From assembly GCA_000004985.1 (NCBI GenBank), contig GG738925.1: 64,000 bases of DNA; one strand, written 5' to 3'. Within the stretch, counting starts at the first letter, position 1. Each line of letters starts with the position of its first letter. Under the pieces are notes generated by a model that did not search any database, had not been told where the DNA came from, and was given only the letters and a program-made list of their open reading frames with translations. This stretch comes from Naegleria gruberi. Its lineage: Eukaryota. Shown here in pieces: positions 1 to 10,023 of the stretch. The position numbers and the translations under genes were made by a program.

Positions 1-308
1 TTTTGGGTGATTTTGTAATTCAAGGAAAGAGTGGTTTGGTAACTTGTGCAGCTTGTGGTTTGTTTGGACTTGTGAAGGCCTTTAGAAAGGAAGTGGAAGA
101 AAGAGAGTGGAAAGTCTTATTGAACGAGTTGAGAATTGCTGCCTATATAAAGAAACCAAGTGAAGTGGATGCAAATAACCCAATGGAATTCTCGAGTGAT
201 ATAATAGGAGATTACATTGTAAAAATTTTACAATCCAACAGAGGAGGAATTATTTATACATTCAGAGATGAAAGTGATTGCATTGAAATGACAAACAATC
301 ATGTGTAA
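1..308 (+). CDS. 3' end of an unidentified protein-coding gene (partial; reading frame open at window start)
   Basis: ORF open from base 3 to TAA at 306..308. No recognisable domain. Its stop lies 3 nt from the stop of the convergent FolD gene. Confidence 0.35.
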   Translation, partial: LGDFVIQGKSGLVTCAACGLFGLVKAFRKEVEEREWKVLLNELRIAAYIKKPSEVDANNPMEFSSDIIGDYIVKILQSNRGGIIYTFRDESDCIEMTNNHV

Positions 309-311
309 TAT

Positions 312-1589
312 TTACAAGTGTAAATCTGGGTTTTTGCTTAAGAAACTGTGATAGGTATTCTTCATCAGTGATGCAATAGTGACTGGTCCTACGCCTCCAG
401 GAACTGAATATGAAATATATCAACAAATGCGTAAATAAAACTTACCTGGTGTAGCAGCACTTGCTCTCTTTTTGAGATTATCATCAAAGAGAACATCACC
501 TACCAATCTGAATCCTCGTTCTTGTGTCTTGTCTTCAACTGGTGTCAATCCTACATCAATTACAATAGCTCCCTTTTTGATCCATTCAGGTTTAATGATT
601 TCAGCACATCCACAACATACTACCAGAATGTCAGCCTTGGAAATCTTTTCTGGAATGTTTTGTGATTTGATGTGAAGCAGCTGTACAGAGGTCTGAAGTT
701 GATTCAATAGTACCAAAGCTGTTGGAATACCAACAATATTCGAAGCTCCAACAACCACAGAATCTAACCCTTCCAAATTCATGTTCAATTTTTGGGCAGT
801 TCTTCTAATCATTTCCATTATTCCAAGTGGTGTGCAAGGAACAAAATTGATACCATCAACTAATTTTCTTCCCTTCATTGAAATTAATCCAAAACTAAAT
901 TGTGTCAAACCATCTACATCTTTAGCTGGAGAAATACTTTCCAAAATCTTTTCCTCATTCAAATGTGATGGAAGTGGTAATTGCACAAGTATTCCGTGCA
1001 CTCTATCATCAGCATTGTACTGTTGAATAGTTTTAATCACATCCTCATCAGTAACTGATTGATCATCTTCAAAATGTGTTTTAAAACTTTCAATTCCCAG
1101 CTCGGCACACGCTTCCTGCTTTCTCTGTACATAGGTCAATGAATCCTTTCTCGATCCCACCATAACCACGGCCAATCCTGGTCTTCTCACTTGTCCACCT
1201 TTTTGTTTTTCAACAATTCTTTCAATATCTCTTTTAATTTCCTCTTTAATTTCCGCAGCAATTTCCAATCCATTAATTAATACAAATTTATGAGGCTGAT
1301 TTTCTTCATCCATAACAATACTTTCCTCAAGTCCTCTCTCGCTATATCGTTGGTGACGTTCTTCGTGATGATGATTCATCAAACTGTGCGAATATTCGGC
1401 ACTCATTTTTCTTATTGTTGAGGAAATTAATTCCAAAGCCTTGCTCGAGTTGATGTAATTGATGCTATTAATATTATTATTTGATGAGGTTGTTTTGAAG
1501 GATGAGGATGACAGACCCGACATTTTCATGAAAGAAAAAGTGCGGAATAAGCTTTTTCTTTGTATTAATCTTTGCATTTTTTTTATCAT
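312..1589 (-). CDS. Bifunctional methylenetetrahydrofolate dehydrogenase/cyclohydrolase (FolD/MTHFD-like), with N-terminal presequence-like extension. Exons complement(join(312..403,446..1589)).
   Basis: Conserved FolD motifs GLAVVMVG, YVQRK, VHGILVQLPLP, KDVDG. The ORF breaks after ...AATPG at a GTAAGT donor. The 42-nt intron ends TTCAG, and the second exon restores the canonical FolD C-terminus TPVPGGVGPVTIASLMKNT and ends at TAA 312..314. The N-terminal 90 aa are R/S/F-rich (possible mitochondrial targeting). Confidence 0.85.
404..445 (-). other. intron (42 nt) of the FolD-like gene
   Basis: GTAAGT...TTCAG. Splicing restores the conserved C-terminal FolD motif in frame. Confidence 0.8.
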
Positions 1590-1855
1590 GTGAATAAGTA
1601 TCTAAGTATTTAATTATTTATTCTTGTACTATTATTATTTAATATGAAATTTGGATGTCTCCGAGTTGATGAAGAATGAATAACCACTAAAGATTAAAAT
1701 TGTTTCATTGTTTATTAAGTTAATTTCCAAAGTAAAATAACAACTACCTTAACCTTACATGAAGATGAGGACCATCTCTAATTGAGAACTTCAGAGAGAC
1801 ATTGAAGAAGGATCCTGAACTAGAACCTTTGTTTTGTAACACAACAACATAAAAA

Positions 1856-3904
1856 ATGAATGGAAATGGTCTTGGTGGCAGGGGTTTCTCTCAGAAAAAA
1901 CGAAAGTTTTTGGATCATTATTCATCAAACTTTATTAAACCGAGTAAATATTTAATTCTCTCTCAAGAAAATCTTTGCTCTGATAAACAGCAGGATGACA
2001 AAAATTCACACTTTCGAGAAACAAGAATTATTCCAGAGAGAAATAATTACAATATTCATTCCCATAGCCAAATAGTTGATGATTGTTGGCAGATTATTTT
2101 TGATTTTGTGGAAAAGATTGAAGATAGGAAGAGTATGATTCTTGTGTGTAAACATTGGGCCAACATGTTTATGCAACCATTTATTGGATATTGTTATGAG
2201 ATTTATGATGAAAATAGACATTTGAATGGATTGACAGAATATGTCGAAGAGAATGGAGAAGATGGATTTGTTTGTGAGGGAGGAATGTTTTTTACTGAAA
2301 TGGCAACTTGGAAGGAACCTCTTTGCTATGATAGTCTGGAAGAGGAGGAATACTCTGGATTTAATTGGGATAGAATTCCAGAAAATCAAGTGGAATTTGA
2401 AGGATCTTCTTATAGACAACGAATTCTTCCATTTGGGGTTCCTCTATGTAAGGAAACAATATCAGATCAATATGAATTGGTTTCTAGTGAAATTGATTCA
2501 AGTACTTATAGGAATATGGTAGAAAAATTTATGGGAATTCCAAAATCTGAACAGGGAGCATTATCTCTAAAACCTTTCGAATTGTACGAACAAATTGAAC
2601 ATGAAAAACAAATGGTTTACTCATACATTCATGAAATTCAAAAATCCCTAGATTTTGATGCTGGCAATGCAATTTATGCAGAAGGTAAGGTGATGTATAA
2701 TGATGATGATTTTTATGATTCTTCACAGAATGATCCAGAGTTTATATTTTACGCACTTCGATCTGGAATTCAAAGATTGGCCAGAAAAGCAGGTGTCAAA
2801 TACTTTGAACCTGCTGTGATTGAGGATTATCTTTATGAATTGAAGAGGGTAATTCATTTGGTGCTTGAGAATGCATACGAGAGAAAGTTTTCAAGAAAGA
2901 CTGCGAATTTGGTATTTGAGGAGTCATCTGAACAATATGAACAGTGTTATATCGATCCATGTGATGCCTATCTGCCAACATGTGATGACAATCTTGATAC
3001 AGATCTAAAATTGGATCATACGGAAATATTGGAATCATTTGAGAGAATTACTGGAATGAAAATGTTTTATCAACCAATCAAAGATCCTTATAACTTGAAC
3101 GATACAGATCTCAAGCAATACTTTGCATTAGAGAATGGTACTGAAACAGTTTCTGAATTGCAACCAAAAGAAGAGTTTAAATTTAAAGAGCCAACCATTT
3201 TCAGCAATGAATCTATCCCCGATATTCTGAATGAATCTCAAATAGATGAAGATCTCACTTCAGAGGAGAGTGAAGATGATTCAACTTTACAAACAATTGC
3301 AAATGACAACTTTATAGATGACAGCGAACTATACCATGTCGATTTGGATAATTTAGGAGATTCCCTTCAAGATCAATTACTGAAAGTGTCAATTCGTGTC
3401 CATGAAGAAGTCTACGGAAAGGAAAGAGCTCACAAAGAAAAGCTCTATCTCAAAAATTGGTACGGCTGTAGTGAATTGTTTTACGAGAATTGTTCCAAGG
3501 AATTGGATAATCCACCTTCCATGCAATTCACCCCAATTGAAGAAGATGCAATTTCTGAATCAAATGAAGATGGTATTGATGAAGAGGAAGAGGAAGAGAA
3601 ACGAACACGAGGAATACAAACTAAATTTTCTTCATTGGATTTTGAAGAGGAATCTGAAGTTTCTATTGATGGAGAGTTTGATGTTAAAGAACAAGATACT
3701 ATTGAAAGAGTTAATGAGGAAGATTTGGAATATTTTGGCTATGCTCTCTATGAAGATGATTTCGATGAATTTCCAATATTCAGTGACCAAGATGATTCAG
3801 AAGAAACTTTGGAACAGTCCTCTGAGGAGGAATCTCTTCGATATCATTTAAGAAGAATGCTAAGGGAACAATCTTATGAATGCATTGTTAATTATAACCA
3901 ATGA
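1856..3904 (+). CDS. F-box domain protein with long acidic C-terminal region
   Basis: 682-aa ORF with an A-rich ATG context. F-box-like segment IVDDCWQIIFDFVEKIEDRKSMILVCKHWANMF. D/E-rich C-terminus. Antisense ORFs inside it are short and low-complexity. Confidence 0.6.
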   Translation: MNGNGLGGRGFSQKKRKFLDHYSSNFIKPSKYLILSQENLCSDKQQDDKNSHFRETRIIPERNNYNIHSHSQIVDDCWQIIFDFVEKIEDRKSMILVCKHWANMFMQPFIGYCYEIYDENRHLNGLTEYVEENGEDGFVCEGGMFFTEMATWKEPLCYDSLEEEEYSGFNWDRIPENQVEFEGSSYRQRILPFGVPLCKETISDQYELVSSEIDSSTYRNMVEKFMGIPKSEQGALSLKPFELYEQIEHEKQMVYSYIHEIQKSLDFDAGNAIYAEGKVMYNDDDFYDSSQNDPEFIFYALRSGIQRLARKAGVKYFEPAVIEDYLYELKRVIHLVLENAYERKFSRKTANLVFEESSEQYEQCYIDPCDAYLPTCDDNLDTDLKLDHTEILESFERITGMKMFYQPIKDPYNLNDTDLKQYFALENGTETVSELQPKEEFKFKEPTIFSNESIPDILNESQIDEDLTSEESEDDSTLQTIANDNFIDDSELYHVDLDNLGDSLQDQLLKVSIRVHEEVYGKERAHKEKLYLKNWYGCSELFYENCSKELDNPPSMQFTPIEEDAISESNEDGIDEEEEEEKRTRGIQTKFSSLDFEEESEVSIDGEFDVKEQDTIERVNEEDLEYFGYALYEDDFDEFPIFSDQDDSEETLEQSSEEESLRYHLRRMLREQSYECIVNYNQ

Positions 3905-4089
3905 TTCCGTTTCAGATCTGAAATTTGATTAATCTCCATATTTAAAACTGGAGCACAAATTTAGCAACTTTTTAGCTCCAAACCAATAAATCACTTCTCA
4001 CAACACTTTACAAGTGCACTCTGGAATACAACACTGTTCACTAACACCATTCATCAGGTTCATCAACAAAAAAAAACAAGGCTAAAACA

Positions 4090-5508
4090 ATGACCCTTAC
4101 TACCACTTCATGTCTCTACATTGATTCCGAAGGGAATTGGGTAGATAATAATCATCCAAAGAGAACAGCTCCCAAGGTTGGAGATTACATCACTCACAGA
4201 GTTAGACTTTCGTTTTTCGATCTCTGCTTGTACTATGCAAATATTGTTGATTATTTGCGAATTGTGATGGTTGTGGTGGCATTGATAGCACTCATTGTGA
4301 ATGATGAGATGAATTTGGGATGTAATTGGTCTTCGATTAGTATTTCTGTTTTGGTATTTGGAAGTGTTTTATTGGATTGGGTGGATGGTCCATTGGCAAG
4401 AAATTTTGGTCAATCTTCAGTGATGGGATGTGGATGGGATTGGTTGGCTGATATTCTTACTCAATTGTGTTTGGCTATTTGGTGTATGTCATTAAGTAGT
4501 GATTACAAGATTTTCAAGTTGTTTACCGTCTTATTGACAGCTGTTGAGATTAGTACAGGAATTTTCGATTTTGCTGTGAGTGCACAAGGAGTTTATCCAT
4601 CAATGCACAATACTGAGAACCTACCTTGGTATGCTATTGTTGAGCATTGGCTTACTCCTAATCATAGCTATAACAATTTGGGAATTATTTGTTGGTTGGT
4701 GAATACCTTGTATCCAATTACTGTATTTTTGCAACTTCCTTCCATTGTTTCTAATTCCCTAATTCCTTTTGCAATTCTCTATGCTTGGCATGAATGTACA
4801 CAATGTGTTTTTATTGTGGTTAATTGGAAGGAAACTGCAGTAACACTTCATCAAGAAGGAATCGAACATGTTAGAAAGTGTAATGATACTGAAATTGAAA
4901 TGCTGAAAACAGCTCACGAAGCAACCCTTAATACTCCAGTGGAACTTGATGACGAAGCTACAAAAATTAATGAAATCACATGGGTGAACTTGTACAATAA
5001 TGGGAAAATTTCACCAGTATTCGAAAATCATCCACTGCAAAAGGAATTCCACGATTGGGTTAAGAGTTTGGTTAAATCAAATTGGTTAGACGAACAGGAT
5101 CGTATTATTCTCTCATATGGCTTCATCACTGCACCAAAGAATGGAAATGTCACTCAAGATTGGCACTTTGATTATGGTGAAAATGTCAGCAATTTATTCA
5201 TTCCTCTCTGTGATGTGACAGAAAAGAATGGAACTCAATTTATTCGTGGACCTCTCAGACAAGATATGCCACCAGGTGAATATTTCCCTAGACCATTTGA
5301 AATTATGACTGAAGAAAAGTCAGAATGTCTACAAGTTTGTCAAGTGGTTTGTAAGGCATTTAATTTATTGAAATTGCACCCAGGTGTATGCCATAGAGGA
5401 ATAGCTAATGGCGAAAATTATGACCGAGTAATGTTCTTCTTGAGCACTAATCCAACTCCTTTAGATATTGGAGAAGAAGGATATTTGAATAAGGCAACCT
5501 ATGATTAA
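4090..5508 (+). CDS. CDP-alcohol phosphatidyltransferase (membrane domain) fused to a C-terminal PhyH-like (phytanoyl-CoA dioxygenase family) 2OG-Fe(II) oxygenase-like domain
   Basis: Exact PROSITE-type motif DGPLARNFGQSSVMGCGWDWLAD (DG-x2-AR-x8-G-x3-D-x3-D) followed by several hydrophobic helices. The C-terminal roughly 230 aa carry WHFDYGEN (HxD) and LCDVTEKNGTQFIRGP, which resemble the PhyH WHQD...LDDATEENG...PGSH block, plus a later His (LHPGVCHRG). A-rich ATG context. Confidence 0.75.
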   Translation: MTLTTTSCLYIDSEGNWVDNNHPKRTAPKVGDYITHRVRLSFFDLCLYYANIVDYLRIVMVVVALIALIVNDEMNLGCNWSSISISVLVFGSVLLDWVDGPLARNFGQSSVMGCGWDWLADILTQLCLAIWCMSLSSDYKIFKLFTVLLTAVEISTGIFDFAVSAQGVYPSMHNTENLPWYAIVEHWLTPNHSYNNLGIICWLVNTLYPITVFLQLPSIVSNSLIPFAILYAWHECTQCVFIVVNWKETAVTLHQEGIEHVRKCNDTEIEMLKTAHEATLNTPVELDDEATKINEITWVNLYNNGKISPVFENHPLQKEFHDWVKSLVKSNWLDEQDRIILSYGFITAPKNGNVTQDWHFDYGENVSNLFIPLCDVTEKNGTQFIRGPLRQDMPPGEYFPRPFEIMTEEKSECLQVCQVVCKAFNLLKLHPGVCHRGIANGENYDRVMFFLSTNPTPLDIGEEGYLNKATYD

Positions 5509-5608
5509 ACCAAAATAAATATTATAATTGGAAATAACAAATGGAACGTTGCTTTTAATTAAAATTGCCAAACCCCATTTTATCAAAATTTCATGGCTCG
5601 CCACGTTA

Positions 5609-5679
5609 CCGTCTCGGGAGGAATCGAACCTCCGTCAATGGATTCAAAGTCCACTATGCTACCATTACACCACGAGACG
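5609..5679 (-). tRNA. tRNA-Gln: tRNA-Gln (anticodon UUG)
   Basis: Minus-strand sequence CGTCTCG-TG-GTGTAATGGTAGCAT-A-GTGGA-CTTTGAA-TCCAT-TGAC-GGAGG-TTCGATT-CCTCC-CGAGACG-G folds as a cloverleaf. It has a 7-bp acceptor stem, a TTCGATT T-loop and the anticodon loop CTTTGAA. It closely resembles eukaryotic tRNA-Gln(UUG). Confidence 0.85.
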
Positions 5680-6755
5680 AGCACATTCATGAAAAATGAT
5701 AAATACATAGATTAAGTATAATTAGATTTAAGGTTTTTAACTAACTATCATTAACACTAAGCAATATTACTAGCTTCTTTCCCAACACAAAATGTCAGCA
5801 AACTCGGTAGACCCCTTGGAAAAACAACACATGTAGAACAAGAACAACCCAGTAAAGAACCCAAATTAGATACAACAACAATAGACTCTTTCACGTGGGT
5901 AATGGGAAGTGATTCTTCAGAATTGTTCGATCATTTCGACGCAATAGAAAACGAGTTAATGCATTTGAACTCTTTTTCTTCTGATATTGTTGTAGTTCCC
6001 TATCAATTCTATTTCTTGGAAAGAATGTTTGATATTTCAACAATTCTACCCTAGATCAAACTCTAAATCATTTTTGGCTCTGCTTATATCTAACTTGTGG
6101 TTTCTACTGACAATATAATCAATGTTTTTCCAAAGCAAGCTCTAGTTGTATCATTTGGACTGTGTGTATTAGAAGCTTGAATTTTTTGTAACCTGTAAAT
6201 TCGAGTAATATCAACACCTCCAGTTTCTCCTGCTCCAACGTGGAATGCTCTAAATTTAATCATTCATTCCTTTTATATCAAGAATAGTAACTCTCTTCTT
6301 TTGACACCAATGGGAAAGAAGAGCCAAAATGTTGTCTAAACGAGTCTCTTTTGTCAATAGCGTTGCCTTACTCAACAAATCATAAACAATTCGGAAAATA
6401 ATAATAGTATCTAATGGAGAGATAGGTGCCCTTACATTTAGAATGATTCTTGACCTGCTTAACCCAAAAGTTGACTGTACAATTCTTAATGATTGAAATT
6501 CCTTGAGTACCCAAATCAATATTGTGGAGAGTTTAATAGATTTTATTAAGATCAGATTGATAAAATATTATGATCTTAAAGATTATCAGGAATGGTTGCA
6601 TCATTAACCTTTAGACCTAAATCAAAATTAGCAAGAAATTCATAAAAATTAACATTGTTAGCAATAATCAGATGCAAATTTTAGTTATCTTTACAAATTC
6701 CCAATACCTACTAGAATCGGTAAACCAATTTTTATAATATTTATTTTAAAAAAAA

Positions 6756-7049
6756 ATGAAAAGAGCAAGTTCTTCTTCGGAGCAAGCTTCATCATCACAA
6801 TTAAATCAATATCGGATAGGTTATATTACAGAATTACTTATGGATATTCATCATCAATACAAAGATTCCGATACGCATGGAAAAAAGACAATCATCAATA
6901 CATTTATTAATCCCTTTCGGCAGGAAGAGTTGCAGGAAATATGTAAAGGATTTATGAGCGATATTGCTACATTGAAGAAAATTAGTGATGGAAATAGTAC
7001 ATCAAGTAAAATTGTTGATCCTCCACAAAATAAGAAGGCAAAAAATTAA
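6756..7049 (+). CDS. small hypothetical protein (97 aa)
   Basis: ORF preceded by a poly-A tract directly upstream of the ATG, as at other starts in this window. No known domain. Confidence 0.3.
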   Translation: MKRASSSSEQASSSQLNQYRIGYITELLMDIHHQYKDSDTHGKKTIINTFINPFRQEELQEICKGFMSDIATLKKISDGNSTSSKIVDPPQNKKAKN

Positions 7050-7220
7050 ATTCTCCAAAGGATGATAACCTTGTATTTAATTTAATTAGGATTTGGTATA
7101 AGAGAGACCAGACCATATTTGTAATTTGATTTGATTGGAAATCCGAAAATCTGACATATCTCTACAGAATATTTATATGGAAATATTGCAATAAACAACA
7201 CGTTGCAAATATTCTAATAT

Positions 7221-9654
7221 TTACAAGACGGAATCATTTATTAGAGATACTTTCAATGAGTCATGATGCTCAAATCTATAAATTGAACAGAATTGGTCAT
7301 CAATTTCAACAAAATTATTTTCATCCTTTTTTAGCATGATATTTCCAATCGACATTTCATCTCCAAGTTGGAGCACATTACTTTCCTCTTCTCTATTCTT
7401 TTGCAATCTTTTTTGAATGACATCTTTCAATTGATTCAATCCAATACTTTTTGGAATGGAAAGTCTAGTAGTTGGTGATTGCGTGCCAGTTGTTGTTACA
7501 AATGTCAAGAATACATTCACGGTTGGCTCTATGAATAATTCCTTCAAAATGTTTTTATCCTCTTCCTTAACTTGTTCAAATGTAGCAACAAGCGCTGTAT
7601 TATTCTCGTAATCTGATTTTTCCAAAGTTTCTGTTTCCATTTTAACTTCAAATTTTGGAATAATTTCATTTTCCTCTTTTTTCACAATAGGAGGTGGAAC
7701 ATTCATGTTAGGAAGAGACGTTTTTGCATCCTCTCTACTAGTACTGGTTACCATTGGTGGTGAATATGCTTGAGGAATACCAGATGCTACATGTACATTT
7801 CCAGGCAATGCTGGACCTGTTGCCACAATGGATGCCACACGAATTGGGGAAGGATTTGGAGAGTTTTGCAAATGTTCTTGAGTGTAAATCCTAGGTGAAT
7901 GTATCACATCTTCTCTGCCTGATGAACTAGTTCTATGTACATTACTACCATTACTGCTGTTGCTGTATGGATGATATCTGTGTGAAGAAAGTGGAGGTGC
8001 ACCATTTTCAACTCTTGCTGCGTTTTCATGCTTATTTTGACCATTGTTGAATGCATGCAATGGACTATTAGAATAATTTCTATTAACATTATTTGAAGTA
8101 TTATTTACAGTCTGCATTGCATTATTGGAAGGATTTGATCCAATCGCATAGGATGGAGGTGCAGTTCCCATCATTTCCATAATGGATGGAACAGATGTAT
8201 TAGTACCAGTGCCATTTCTAGGAGATTTTGGAGAAGTGGTTGCATGGGGATGTTGCATTGGTGAAGATCTCACAAATGGGTCATGCAAAGATGGTTGCAC
8301 CATACCTCCCCTGCTAGCAGCTCCTACATTATTACTCCCTCCACTACTTGTACTATTCGGTCCATTTAAATATTGAGAATTTTCATTGGATGCATATGGA
8401 TGGTAGTGATGAGATTTTCTATATGAAGATGATGAAGAATTTACATGTGTTGGTGATACAGGAGGTGAACGAGAATGACTTTGATAATGAGGAGGTGGTG
8501 GAGGTGCATTATGATGTGGAGAATAAGATGATGAATAATGTGCATGCATTGATGATCCATCATGTACAACATATGTATAATGTGGTGATGGTGGAGGAGG
8601 AGGTTGACTTTGCATGTCGTTATGATAGTACTTTACTCTGCCACTACTACCATTACTGTATTCTGCTTCATACTGTTTAGCATGATGCATGTCGACATGA
8701 TGATGATGTGAATGAACATGCATTCTAGATCCATCATGGTGATGGATGTTTCCTGCAGATGATGAAGGATAACCATGATGATGAGATGCATATTGTGCAT
8801 GATGCATGGTGCTGATAGTATTAGTATTACTAGTAGGATTAGTATTGAGTGATGGCAACACCCGAGATGCATGCGACACATGTGTATCACCAACACTACC
8901 TAGATGTCCATGAGGTGAAGGTGGAAGAGGTTGAGAAAGTGGACTATTCTCTTGTGTTGTTGTTGTTGCTCCCTTAGTTGTTGTTACATTATTCTTCCTT
9001 TTAACCTTGTTGATAGATAAACCAGTGACCTGAACATGTTCACATGTAATGAAAATGAAAATAATGAGAGATAGCAAGTTGACATGCAATTAATTTGATG
9101 TGCATTGTTGGAATACTTTTTTAGCAATTAAAACTTACATATTTGTATTTCTATTTAAAATCATGATTAGTTTTTGATATTAAAATTAAAAACTTACCTT
9201 TGCATAACAATTCTTACAAACACCATCTCCAATTCTAATTTCTGGTACATGTCTAAAGCATCCCTTATACTGTTCAATATTTGATTCGTTGATTGTATAG
9301 CTGATGTACTTATTTCCTGTTCACAATGTTCATTAGATCAGTGACACATGTCAAAGTATTAAAAGAGGTGATCCTGTCAGAAAATTAAGCGCTGTAAAAA
9401 CTTACCCGTGTCAGCTTTACCACAAATGATGCATGACTTGTGTTCTACCTGCTTGGCTTGAGTTTTTGCCATATGGTTCTTCATGGGATTTCTTTCTTGT
9501 GGTGTTGAATAAATATTCTGTTCCATAGTATTTTGTTGTGTTTCCATTGTGGGCCTTGAGATGGTATCAACCTCATTCAAATGTCTATGATACGAAGGAA
9601 CTGGACGAGTGGAGTTGGACAAAGTATTAGGATAGGAAGCAACACTGAATGATG
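7221..9654 (-). CDS. Multi-exon gene: Cys-rich zinc-finger-like N-terminal exons, a long His/Pro/Ser/Asn-rich low-complexity region and a C-terminal PB1/ubiquitin-like-looking domain. Exons complement(join(7221..9029,9198..9316,9406..>9654)); the 5' end runs into the assembly gap.
   Basis: Exon ending ...HKSCIICGKADTG|GTAAGT (donor at 9405). An 89-nt intron leads to a 119-nt exon encoding NKYISYTINESNIEQYKGCFRHVPEIRIGDGVCKNCYAK|GTAAGT. A 168-nt intron ending CATGTTCAG then joins in frame to VTGLSINKVKRK... (the body of ORF 7221..9089, whose annotated N-terminus is intronic). Motif C-x2-C-x24-C-x2-H-x10-C-x2-C. Confidence 0.55.
9030..9197 (-). other. intron (168 nt; may contain a micro-exon)
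   Basis: GTAAGT donor after ...CYAK. Acceptor CATGTTCAG|GTCACTGG. Phase 0 on both sides. A second GTAAGT at about 9131..9136 sits inside the interval. Confidence 0.45.
9317..9405 (-). other. intron (89 nt)
   Basis: GTAAGT donor after ACG G. Acceptor ...GTGAACAG. Frame preserved (G|GA = Gly). Confidence 0.55.
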
Positions 9655-9900
9655 NNNNNNNNNNNNNNNNNNNNNNNNNNNNNNNNNNNNNNNNNNNNNN
9701 NNNNNNNNNNNNNNNNNNNNNNNNNNNNNNNNNNNNNNNNNNNNNNNNNNNNNNNNNNNNNNNNNNNNNNNNNNNNNNNNNNNNNNNNNNNNNNNNNNNN
9801 NNNNNNNNNNNNNNNNNNNNNNNNNNNNNNNNNNNNNNNNNNNNNNNNNNNNNNNNNNNNNNNNNNNNNNNNNNNNNNNNNNNNNNNNNNNNNNNNNNNN
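9655..9900. other. assembly gap (246 N)
   Basis: Run of N characters. It interrupts the 5' part of the minus-strand zinc-finger gene and the body of a plus-strand gene. Confidence 0.99.
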
Positions 9901-10023
9901 AAATATGGAATTAATTCTGTAACTTTGACAGCTGTTGGAACAGCTGCATTAATTTATGAAAAGAAATTTGGTTTTGTTGAATGTGGAAGAGTAGTTTATA
10001 TCAATAGACATGAGCAGTTATAA
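9901..10023 (+). CDS. 3' terminal fragment of an unidentified gene downstream of the gap
   Basis: Open frame KYGINSVTLTAVGTAALIYEKKFGFVECGRVVYINRHEQL ending at TAA 10021..10023. It overlaps the last 23 nt of the convergent kinase gene. The X-run in the track ORF is an artifact of translating N. Confidence 0.3.
   Translation, partial: KYGINSVTLTAVGTAALIYEKKFGFVECGRVVYINRHEQL

Noticed and set aside
2006-3851. Antisense and alternate-frame ORFs (2006..2419, 2241..2522, 2529..2726, 2796..3038, 3396..3851) inside the 1856..3904 gene
   Set aside because: They are short and overlap a long ORF that has domain support. Their translations are low-complexity with no start context. They are typical AT-rich spurious frames.
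7904-8896. ORFs 7904..8089, 8182..8376, 8348..8680, 8633..8896 in the His-rich region
   Set aside because: They are alternate frames of CAT/CAC-rich repeats within the exon of the zinc-finger/low-complexity gene. Their translations are H/M/V strings.
9649-9900. The 'MMXXXX...' ORF across the N run
   Set aside because: It is a translation of the gap. Only 9901..10023 is real sequence.
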